Origin: Thelocarpon superellum
Lineage: Eukaryota
DNA length: 46,148 nucleotides
Direction of reading: 5' to 3'
Assembly: GCA_026025795.1 (NCBI GenBank)
Contig: JAPEUG010000103.1
Span: 1-46,148 of the forward strand
Positions 12,601 to 22,910 of this stretch are shown piece after piece (position 1 is the first letter of the stretch; every line of letters begins with the position of its first letter). The notes beneath the pieces are model-generated. The model saw nothing but the letters and a program-made list of their open reading frames with translations. It was not told the DNA's origin and did no database searches. The position numbers and the translations under genes were made by a program.

Positions 12601-13163
12601 CAGCCTCCCACCCCAAATGCTCCGATGTACCGCCAGTTGGGCATCGAATTTCGCAGCTCCAGCTTCTTGCGGCTCATTTCCTGATCCTTCTCATCCGTTT
12701 CGTCGTTCGTCTCCCTACTGTGGCGGGGCACATTTCCGAAGAAGGTCGATCGACTCGACGGAGCCGAAGAAGACGAGGCGGCAGGCGTCACTGTATGCCA
12801 TGAGCCATCCAAGTACATGTTGATTGCTCTCTCGAGGTTTCCCCCGGCCACCTCGCGCAATCGTGTCCATGTCTCCGGGTCAATCGACTCGCCCACGACG
12901 CTCTCAAACAAATTTTTGTCGAAGCCCTCCGGAGGTACATCCGATGTGCCTGTATCTCCCACGCCACCTGTCTCGGATCGAGACGGGGCCCCTGCCGTGC
13001 TCGGGGCATCGGTCGATGAGACCAGTTGTGGCAACCGATCGATCTCGCTGGTAGGAGGGGCATCTTCGCCAAGGGAAGGGTCTGCGACCGGAGACGGCTC
13101 GTCGAAGAAGCGTCGTTTCTTCGCCGGAGGCAGGTCGGCATCGGTATAGGTCATGGTCGACAT
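9605..13163 (-). CDS. RAD5: DNA repair protein Rad5 (HIRAN, SNF2 helicase, RING E3 ligase)
   Basis: Large exon 13163-~9787 plus terminal exon 9683-9605 (KKFIASSLGMMSDEEKKIQRIEDIKELLS*). HIRAN (IVRFTNARGEEIGRLP), GGILADEMGLGKT, ILDEAH, RING CPIC..CWHSACKKC..CFNC, QAIDRVHRMGQ. Confidence 0.97.
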
Positions 13164-13519
13164 GTCGTGGAGGTGGCAAGGGATCCCACCATGCCATGCA
13201 CGAGGAACATGTCCGCACGCCGGAAGCCGTATGTAACGTGTAAGTCGAGACGAGGCGAAGAGACGCGAGGAATCGCGTCGCCACGTGAATCACTCACTTT
13301 CTCTTGTGGTGAACATTTCCCTCCAGCTGCCGGTAGCGAGCGAAAGTGACGTTATCGAGAAGCGGAAAGGTCGGACTCGAATACTAACCCGTAATCTAGT
13401 ATGTTACGGGTATTCGCAATGCCACGAATACTCGAGCCACCTTCCTCGACGGTTGGACATGTCTTGCTTCGAGGGGAGCTCCCGAGCCGCACAGGTTGCC
13501 AGCGGTTGGGGCCGCCATC

Positions 13520-14781
13520 ATGTACTCGACCCGCGCTAGCATTCGACTGCAGCTCCGACCAGGATTGGCACGAGGCACAGTGCAATCCCGGCATGCATCC
13601 AGCTTCAGTCCCTCGACGACCAGCCGTCCTTCAGATAAAGAGGTGCAAGCAGCGAGGGCGTATTGCGAGAACTTGCTGCAGTATGACCGTCTCCCTCACC
13701 ATCAACACTGCGCGCTGACCGGGAGGCCTCTAGGAAATATGACTCGCCGTCCTACACTCTTCAAACATTCATCCCCCGCTCGGCATACACGGCGTACCTC
13801 TGCATCCGCGCCTTCAACCTCTCGCTCAGCACCGTGGCCGACAGCGTCAGCAATCCCACCGTCGGCGCCCTCCGCATGCAATTCTGGCGCGACACCATCT
13901 CGCGGGCCTTTGACGGGGCGCCGCCCAAAGAGCCCGTCGCCATCCTCCTCTCGCACGTGCTCGAGCGGCTCGCGGAACGAGGCGGGCGCCCGCTGAACAA
14001 GAGCTGGTTCATGCGTGTCATCAATACGCGCGAGAAATACCTGACCAACCCCCCCTTTGTCGACGTGGACGCATTGGAGAGCTACGCCGAATCGACCTAC
14101 TCCACCCTGCTCTATCTCACCCTCTCCGCCCTGCCCCTCCACTCTCTCACCGCCGACCACGTCGCCTCGCACGTCGGCAAGGCCACGGGGATCGCCACCG
14201 TCCTTCGGGGTGTCCCCCTCCTCGCCTTTCCGCCCCCGCCCAATCACCATTCCAATACCAGCGGGCTCCCGGACTTCCGCGGCCCAGGTGGCTCGGGTCG
14301 CCAGGGCGTCGTTACCCTCCCACTCGATATCATGGCGTCGGCCGGCGTGCGCGACGAAGATATTCTCCGACAGGGACCCGAGGCTCCGCGACTCCGCGAC
14401 GCCGTCTTTGCCGTCGCCACGCGCGCCAACGACCACCTGATCACGGCGCGCGAGATGCTGCAGAATGTGCGGGCCGGCCGTGACGCCGGCCACGACTATG
14501 AGCATCGTCACGAGCAGGGCCACGAGGATGCTCAGGGCACCCTTGATGACAGTGTACTCGACCACACCGACGCGCCGTCCTCCCCGTCGTCATCGCAGTC
14601 GATTGCTCAGCTCGACGAGGTCAATCGCGCCTTTGGCGTTCTAATGCCCGCCGTTGCGACCAGCATGTGGCTGGACAAGCTGCAAGAGGTCGACTTTGAT
14701 GTCTTCAGACCGGAGCTGAGGCGCCGCGATTGGAAATTACCGTGGAAGGCGTACATGGCGTATAAGCGGCACATGTTCTGA
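13520..14781 (+). CDS. NDUFAF6: Squalene/phytoene-synthase-fold mitochondrial complex I assembly factor (NDUFAF6-like)
   Basis: Exons 13520-13680 and 13734-14781. Arg/Ser-rich presequence, AYCENLLQKYD, IRAFN, LRMQFWRD, ESYAESTYSTLLYL, HVASHVGKA, LQEVDFDVF. Confidence 0.88.
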
Positions 14782-14856
14782 CCCTCCTCCGGTTCTTCTC
14801 CCCTTCTCTGGCGAGCTCGTGGGTGGACTGGTATATCGCGTTTGTACAGTAGGATG

Positions 14857-16241
14857 TCATCGTGGCACAGGCCACCAATGCGGCACGAAGGCCTTGCAGC
14901 CGACCTTGCCAGCCACAAGACCCTCTTCCTCGGCCCACTCCATAGCAAAGTCGTGGTCGGGCGTCCAGGCTCCTCCTCGACCACCCTTCTCCCCGCCACC
15001 CCGTCCACTTTTCTCGCCAGGCCGTACGTCTGTCATAGCTTCTAGCCTGCACAGCGCGAGCCCTACGTTGCCGATCCCGGTCAGCCATTTCCCCGTGCTG
15101 CGCTTCTTGACATCGCCGACGCGGTGGATGTTGGTGAGGCTGGGCGCGAGAGGGAGGGATGCAGCGGCGGAGTAGGTGAGAGAACTTGGCAGAGGGTCGG
15201 GTGAAGAGGTTGCCGAAACGTCGGCATTGGGTAAGGGGAAGAGTTGGACAGGCAGGATGCGTTTCCGTACCACGCCCGTGTGGTGCGTGCGGATGGTCAG
15301 CTCCTGCCCGACGTAGCAGCCCTTGCGAAAGTCCACGCCATTCATGAAGTCGATATTGCTTTCCTGCAACAGCGCCGTTTCCCGTCGGATCTCCCCTTGG
15401 CCTTCTGGCACGCCCTGCAGGATCCGTCGAAGATGATACATCTCCAGTGGTGTTTCCGGTGCGTCCGTCCGCGGTGGTGGGTCTCCAGCGGCAACGACGA
15501 CCCGTCGGCCCATTCCTGGCGCTCGTACGTCCGCGCCCCCAATCTCTCCTTTATTGCGCTGTTCGCCGCTCAGGTCGGGATGGGCGTAGGAGGTCCACCC
15601 TTCGCCACCCTTGTCATTTCCCACCCCGCGTGCTCTCCACACGCTCCAAACCGCACATTCCTCCTCGTCCAAGAGACGGAGGGCCAGTCGCGAACGAAGC
15701 TTGTGCCGCTTCAGGTGCGTGAACAGGCTCGAGGCTTCGTTGCCGTCGACTTCGATGAGGTAGCCGGAGTCAGTGGAACTGGAGTTGACGTGGACGTTCG
15801 AAGACAAGTGAGGGGTGAAGGTCGCTACGTGGGCGGTTGGATGTATGAAGACATCGTTGAGGACACGGCCCTACTCACACCTTTAGTCCTCGGGTCGTCG
15901 GCTGTGTATGCGGGGCAAGCACAGACCTGGGCATTCAAGAAACATGCGTAGGTCGCCGTGGTCTGATCTGCTCGAATGTTGTTGGACGTCAGACCCTGTA
16001 AGAAATGTGCGGCATCTTGGCCCTTTACTGAGATCAGGCGGCGATGGGTAAGCTTGGCGGTGCCCGCGGATGGTGGTGATGTTGGAGGGGCGAGTGGCGA
16101 GCTCGTGTTCGTGACCCGCCGGATCGCAGCTTCACCGTGGGAGGCTCGGTATGTTGTCCATGGCGTGCGAGTGACGACGTGTCGACGTGCCCAACATCTG
16201 GCACACGTTGTCCACCGGTTGGGACTTTCGAATACCGACAT
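14857..16241 (-). CDS. IBA57: Mitochondrial Fe-S maturation protein Iba57/Caf17 (GcvT/YgfZ family)
   Basis: Exons 16241-15927 and 15870-14857. RRLISVKGQDAAHFLQGLTSN, FLNAQ|GRVLNDVFI, signature KGCYVGQELTIRTHHTGVVRKR. Confidence 0.95.
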
Positions 16242-17010
16242 GGTTGCGGGTGCCCTTGTCGATGGTGTGCGGGAGGTCAATCCTACTGTGGCTTTGGAGC
16301 TCTCCCGTCAACTCGGTTACGTCAAGCTCAATTTTCTGCGTACTCTTACTTTCTTCGTCTACGGACGCCACAGCCCAACCCTCTGCCTCAATCTCTTCGT
16401 TCCAGACCTTGGCGGACAAAACATGCAAAGCTTGTTGTCCTTGTCGACTACCTGAGATCGATGGCCAGTCGAGATCAAAGAGAGCCTTCTGCTTTAACGA
16501 CATCGACATTCTGTCATGAAACCGCCTTTCTCTCGCGTTGCGCAAGGTTCCATCGCAAGAGCGACTCTTAAGCTGCGACCGCTGCGATGTTGAAGTGAGG
16601 CGCTCGTATCACGGTTATCCACGGTCACAGAGTAAAGAACAGAGTAGTGCAAGAATCTGAAGCAAAGAATAATCCCGTCCTTGCATAAGCACATGAGAGT
16701 TGAGCTTTACAACTAACCTTCACTGATACACAAGTACTTCGTACTACTATAGCTCTACTGATATGACAGGTCGTAGGTTGTATCCTGGCAAGACGGCGCC
16801 GGCATATCCAGATGCGTGGGCGCCCAAGGTCGGGCTACACGAATACGAATAATTTCGAGCTTGGTGGAATACGAGCTCCATGCATTGATGACGCCCTTCC
16901 CCTCTTCTCTCCTGCCGTCCCTGCCCGTTTCCTCATCTATCAACGATCCATTTCCATTTCGTCCGCCCCGTTTCTGCATTCCCCCAACCTCCTATCAAGA
17001 TCTGCAGAGA

Positions 17011-18014
17011 ATGTCCGCGCACTTGCACGCGCGGGATGTCTCACGCTCGAAAGAATACCCCTGGTACGCAACATCGGTGGGGGATCAGCTCACCCCCGAG
17101 GTGAGAGAGGTGTTGCATGACTACGCTGGGGTTGGCGCCGTAGTGGGGCCGAGTAGGAAAGAGGGAGGGAAGGAGAACGAGGACGAGGACGAGGATGAAA
17201 TGGTGAAGCACGTGTATGCCGTAGTGAGTGCATCCTCCTTGTAGAGAACTTCCCCGTGCTATCGGTTCGGCCCTCCTGACCCAGCTCCCAGCGAGACGCA
17301 GCATGGGAGATTTACCCATGGCCGTGCATCGGGCTCTTCTTCTTCCTACAGTTCTCGCTGTCCACGCACCCGGACTACGAGACCATCCTGCGCACGCTCA
17401 AACATGACCCCGCGGCACGATTGCTGGACCTTGGCACCTGCCTGGGCCAAGACATCCGCAAGTTAATCCACGACGGCGCGTCACCGACGCAGCTGTACGG
17501 CTCGGACGTCTTCCCGGAGTTTGAAGGCGCCGGGCACCTTCTCTTCCGTGACGCAGAAAAGCTCGCAGGCCACTTCATCGTGGCAGACGTCTTTGACGAG
17601 AGCGTCAACTCGGCGCTCATCAGGACTCGCGGCTCGTGGGACGTGGTCGCCTTGTTCCTCGTGCTGCATGTTTGGGACCTAGACACCCAGGTGCGCGCTT
17701 GCAAGGCGGTTTTGCTGCTATTGAAGGCCCGCGAGGGTGCGTGTATCGTGGGCTTGCAGACTGGCGCGTTGCAGCCGAAGCACATCCCGCTGTGGCCGCC
17801 TTTCAAGACGGACGGGAAGGAGGAGTTTGTCTATCGCCATAGTGTGGATACTTTTCGCCTTATGTGGGAGGGCGTCGGTAAGGAGCTTGGTGTCCCGCTT
17901 GACATTGCAGTTGAGTACCGGCGGGCGCCCGGCCAGCCACTCAAGACGGGGAGTAATGTCGTCTTTGGTGGTGATGGGAACCTTTCCTTTTTCTTCAAGG
18001 TAACGAGGGCGTAG
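17011..18014 (+). CDS. Class I SAM-dependent methyltransferase, AusD/Trt5-like
   Basis: Exons 17011-17223 and 17292-18014. RDAAWEIYPWPCIG, LLDLGTCLGQDIRKLIHDGA, LYGSD, GHLLFRD, LVLHVWD, YRHSVDTFRLMW. Confidence 0.85.
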
Positions 18015-19286
18015 ATGAGGTCGAATTCGCCCTTGTGGTCTTTGCAGATCGCGTTATCAAGTGGGTTGAAAAGCCCACGCGTGAATATTTTATTCAATAT
18101 TTAATGAATATATTATTATAATCGGGAACCCCCGGTCATTGTTTCGTTTAATCGGCGTTACTAGAGGAAGTTCCCTCACTCACTTCCCCTCGTCTACTTA
18201 ATCTAAACTCCCATAGTTCAAGTTTTGGTGCCTTGTCTCCCCCGAAGCGGATGGGTCGGCCCGCCGCTTTCTGATGCATCTGCCCCGAAGCGCGCGACAC
18301 GAGTACAAGCTAGCCTACGTCGTGACGCTCTCGGCCGCGACAGTGTGGTTAGATGAGGGCCTGTGGTATTGGCATTGAATATTCTCGTTCGCTGAGTAGT
18401 GGTTCTGCCATTTGTCGCGCCACTGTAAGGAGTTGAAGTCTGGCTCGCCGCCGCTGCGGGCCCCATCGCGACATTGTGGCGGTAGCGGCGGCAGCGGCGG
18501 CAGCGCCGGGCAAAGACTTTGCGTCGAGTGGAGTGGAAACTGCTCCGAGGAAGAAATGACCTGGGAGAAGAGCAAGAACGCACAGGCAGCTGAGGAACAT
18601 CTCGTACGGAGGAGTTGTCTTGCCCTGCAGACATGATGCAGACTGAAAAGCAGAAGGCTGACAACAAGTCAAGGGCTAGCATAATGAAGGATGACGATTG
18701 TGGTCAAAGACGTCATGAGGATCCAAAATAACGTGCGGGATTTGAAATGTCTGTGTGGACTTTAGGGAGCTATACACGCAGTGTGAGGCCGGGAGCTTCA
18801 CGCCTCGATGTAAGCTTAGGAGAGGTCATATGATAGTCATGTGATACGACACGTGATCTGGACCGCTGTATATAGGTCGAGTTCCGCTACGAGCTTGCAG
18901 AGCCCCGGCGTTCAACTCGAGGTACACAAGAAGGCTAGGAATAGGTCTATGAGCCCTAATGAGCCACAACGACGACTCCTATTGACTACATCTACTGTTT
19001 CCGCCTAGCTGTAGGCCTCGTCTTCACATGATACAACACACACATGGGTGCTTATGTCGAACACCGAGGTACTGCCTGGGTCAGGCTCGAGCATCTTGTT
19101 ACCCAAGAACGAGTCGAGTCAACTTAATCAACAGTGTGGAGCGACTCAAGGGCTGTTACTGAGAGGAGGGTTGTCGCAGCTGCACATTGCGCATTTTGCT
19201 TGGCTCGCTGGTCTAGAATTCGAGGTGCTAGAATCGTGTGCTGAAATCTCGTCTGGGTCCAAACACAGTTTGGACAGGCTCGGTCT

Positions 19287-19326
19287 GGACACTGCTCGGG
19301 ACACTGCTCGGGACACTGCTCGGGAC
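19287..19326. repeat. 12-bp tandem repeat GGACACTGCTCG x3.3
   Basis: Exact copies at 19287, 19299, 19311, plus GGAC. Confidence 0.9.
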
Positions 19327-20371
19327 TTGTGTCGTACGGGACGGTCGACAAGGTGGAAGCAGTCGAGGCGCCGGAGCAGCTTGTAGGAATGTAGTGCAAG
19401 AGAATCGATTGGACCGTCGAAAGCCTGTGGTCATCCCGGAGTTACGCTTTGGCCGCCGTGCGCCACTACCGCGCGGGGCCTATATGCTGCGGCTGGGCTT
19501 ACCTGACGTTTCCTATTCTACCGCGCAGCGCGGCGGCGGCCCTGCGTCTCACATATGCAGGTGTCACAACAAATCCACACACCTACCCTATGAGCTTCTG
19601 AGAGTCAGACGGTGTGCAAATTGTGCTGAAGGAACGCCATCCTCCGCCTCGATACTCCCGTCACCGAAGGAGCGGCTCGGCTATGTCTCGGCAGACGGGC
19701 TATTGGAAACTATGTTACTCGGAGTCTCCCTGGCCCACGGCTCACCTGCACGACCCAACTGCTCGGCATGATGGAAGTCAGGCAGTGGTTCAGGCGGTGC
19801 CGATGCTGTCGCTTCACCCGTCCAGGAGCCAGTAGAGCGTGATCAAAGTTCTGCTTATGCGTGTCGACTCACCGAATCCTCGACCTCTGTTAGGCATGCG
19901 TCTCGCCGGACTCGGCGCGGGATTTCCCACATGGAACTCAACCAGCGCAAACATGTGCAATGGTGTGGACGCTCACGACGGCCAACGAATCTTACAAGCT
20001 GGAAATGGGTCGCGCTTGGGAAGCTCGACGTGACTGGGAGGTGGAATGGCTAAGCGGACATCGTGTCCCGAGGTAAGGATTGGATGTCATAGCAGACCGG
20101 TCTGACGGGTTGTGCAACCTATCCGGTCATGTCGCCCTCCTCTTCACCTGCCCTTGTGCAAAAGAGGATAAACAGCTTGCCCGCGTTGCACCATGAGCGT
20201 CGACGACAGGCCTGGCATCAACATAAGAAAGAATCTCCCCTCTCCCAGACGTGACCATGATGTCCCAAGCCACCACCTAGCTCTCCCCCGCCATATGATC
20301 TCTCGCTCGTCTCGACTGCCTTGATCCGTGACTGATTCTCGGGATCCTTCCATACCCACGCGCCTCTCACC

Positions 20372-20806
20372 ATGTACTTCAACCCTCTCGTCGCTACGGT
20401 GCTGGCCGGTGCTGGTCTAGCCGTGGCCGCGCCGCGCGGAACGTCTCAGCCATTGACATCCTCGTCGTGCGTCGTGTTGAGTGGTAGCTGCGGGCCCGAC
20501 GCCTACGACAACTCGGGCTTCATCGCCAAAGTGGCGGCCAAGTTCGGCGAGAACGTGCCGTTGCTGGCATCGAACGGGCAGCGCTACGGATGCGTGCCGA
20601 CTGGCGGCAGCGACGGGGGCCAGTTCTGCGCCGTCCTCGAAAATACCTCTTTCCTTACCGGCAGCCAGGTGCTTGGCTACCTCAACACTCTGAATCAATA
20701 CTGCAACTTCGGTAGCTCGTCGTGCGGAACCATCAATGCCAGCGACAACCAGATCCCGCTCATCCAGTGGGGCGGATATGTCACTGTCCAGTACTTTGCG
20801 TCTTAG
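20372..20806 (+). CDS. Small secreted Cys-rich protein, KP4 killer-toxin-like
   Basis: Intronless, 144 aa, Kozak-like CACCATG, signal peptide MYFNPLVATVLAGAGLAVA-AP, 6 Cys. NGQRYGC..GGQFCAVLEN..TGSQVLGYLNTL..C..CGT..GYVTVQY follows the KP4 pattern. Gene confidence is high; family confidence about 0.6. Confidence 0.8.
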   Translation: MYFNPLVATVLAGAGLAVAAPRGTSQPLTSSSCVVLSGSCGPDAYDNSGFIAKVAAKFGENVPLLASNGQRYGCVPTGGSDGGQFCAVLENTSFLTGSQVLGYLNTLNQYCNFGSSSCGTINASDNQIPLIQWGGYVTVQYFAS

Positions 20807-21272
20807 GCGGGGGACAGGAGGGGGGAGGGGGGTCGGAGATGCGCAGCTTGACATACGAGGAACGATCAACATTATCATACCACTGTCGGCTGCATTGTGA
20901 GCCTCATATTCCATCGTGTCCCCGTCAGCGCGAGTGTGGGAAGCGTTTGCCTCAGTTCCTACACTGATGCCGTTCGCACCTGGGTGTAATGAGACGAAGC
21001 GTACCGCGAGGCGGAATCCATAAACGTCTTTAAGGCTAGGAGACGTGATGCAAGATGTTTCCATGACCTATTTCTGACTCCGTCGTAACATTCGAGTTGA
21101 ACGCTGGAGCCCCGCTAGCTGCGCCACATACGAGCCAAAGCGTGAGCTACTCATCGCTGAACTTCCTTTTCTCTCTCCCTCTCTCTCTCCCGGGACTAGA
21201 TGGAGGAAAAGCTTGAGCAATCTACCTGCCACAGCATATCCTCCTGCTGCATCTGGGTGGGAAGTCCGACAA

Positions 21273-22120
21273 TCAGCTAGGCGGCGCCTTGCCCGGTTCC
21301 TGGTTTTCCCCATCCGTAGCGCGCTTGGAGGGCAGGCGCGGAGCGAGCAGGCCAGCGGTAAGGTACAAGACGATGGTGACCCACTCTTCCCCGATGGCCA
21401 TGAAGGCCTGGATGATGACGTTGTAGCTCACCGGGCTGAAGGCGGGGTCGTCGTGGTCGAAGCCGACGAGAAGACCCCAGACGAAGCGCACCGTGAGCAA
21501 GGGCACCGACGCCACCAGCGCGAGGAGGATATATCGTTCGCGAGGGTCGGGAAGGTGCGCTTTGAAGTACGTCACGGCGATGAGGGTACACACGGCGACA
21601 AAGGTGAGGAAGAAGAGGAGAGACTCGGCTTTGAGGAGGCTGACGCCTGTGTTCACCGTGGCCGGATCCTGGCTGAAGACGTAGGAGGCGCCCACGCCCG
21701 CCAGCACGGCCGAGATCAGGATAGGGATCAGGAACAGCAGGAAAGCCCGACCGGGAAGCTGAAAGGTGCTGCTCTGGTCGTGTCTGTCCATCGCCCGAGT
21801 TAGTCCGGTCGCCATCGAGAGCGAGGAGCATCTTACGTTCGCTTCAACAGCCCAATCATGGCAAACAGCAGGGGAGAGAGGCCAATGCTGCTCAATGCCA
21901 CGGCCGTGGCCGCCAGGGAGAGATTGTCGCGGCCAATCGTCGCCAGCTGGCACGCCGCCCCGGAGATTCGAAGCACGGAGAAGATGGCGACGAAGATCCA
22001 GCCGCGGCGACGGTGGAAGCCGTGCCGGGTGCAGACCCACAGAGCCAGGAAGAGGGTTGGGGCGAAGAGGATCAGTTGAACAATCGCGAGGATGCTCGGG
22101 TGATCGATCGTGGCGGCCAT
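21273..22120 (-). CDS. Multi-pass membrane protein (DUF7702-like), about 264 aa
   Basis: Exons 22120-21837 and 21783-21273 (GTAAGA...ACTAAC...CAG). LAIVQLILFAP, RHGF..GWIFVAIFSVLRISG, LSSIGLSPLL, VPLLTVRFVW, FMAIGEE; about 7 TM segments. Confidence 0.85.
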
Positions 22121-22476
22121 GGCGGTCGCAGGAAGTGAAGAACTGCGTCACCGGGGACAAGTCGACGGCTACGCAGATGCGTGTGCAGCGACGGGGAGCG
22201 GATGGAGTCTTCCATGACGAGAGAATCCAGCTCTATATATCCGGTGCCCTTCCTCTTCAGCCGGTCTCGACCAGGCTCAGCAGTGCCACCGACGCGGGAG
22301 CTCCGGCATCAACACTGGCGCCTCCGAGAATCGTTCGAAAATGAGATGCGTGGGACTCGCAACGGGCCCTCGATCGGGTTAGCCTTGCGATTGTGCATTG
22401 AGGCGAGCCGGTGAATCGCTAGGGTAACGTAATGGAGTGTAGCGGGCCCGCACTTAGCCTGTCAGCCTGCCCTCTG

Positions 22477-22508
22477 GCGGCCAAGGCGCGGCCAAGGGCG
22501 CGGCTCCG
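22477..22508. promoter_or_regulatory. Tandem GCGGCCAAGG repeat in the divergent promoter (two GCCAAG PacC-type sites overlapping spaced CGG triplets)
   Basis: gcggccaaggcgcggccaagggcgcggctccg: GCCAAG at 22480 and 22491; CGG at 22478, 22489, 22501. Confidence 0.35.
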
Positions 22509-22910
22509 CACAAGTTGCAACCCCATCCAGGGTCAGGGTCGCGAGGAGCATCAGAGCATTGTCCACCCCGGTCACCGCCCAGCCAGCGTTAGGGGTAACC
22601 ATTCCATTGGTGGTTCTGTAGTCGGCTCAGCGAGCAGACGGGATCTGGTGACTCATGTTCACCTACGGGCGCGAGGGACTTGACGGATCCAAGGCCGCGC
22701 TCGATGCACTGCGCCTCCTCATCCCATGACCATCCGATGGACTCGCGGCCGGCCTTGCTGTGCTTGACTGCCATCCCGACCCAATGCCATCCGTCGCTCC
22801 ACGCATGCTTGTCAACATCACACGTATCAATCTGGACATTTTCGTCTGAGTCCTGGTAAGCCGGCACAGGCACTGCTGCGTAACGTGACCTGGCCAGAAA
22901 CAACGGCACG

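Noticed and set aside
13263..13278. ACGCGA/TCGCGT MCB-like pair upstream of RAD5
   Set aside because: Plausible but imperfect, and expected by chance at this GC content.
13520..18014. Terpene cluster idea (squalene/phytoene-synthase-fold gene near a methyltransferase)
   Set aside because: The synthase-fold protein has a mitochondrial presequence, NDUFAF6 motifs and no DDxxD motif, so it is a housekeeping assembly factor.
19287..19326. CRISPR-like interpretation of the repeats here and at 26989-27031
   Set aside because: No spacers, no cas genes, and the context is eukaryotic.
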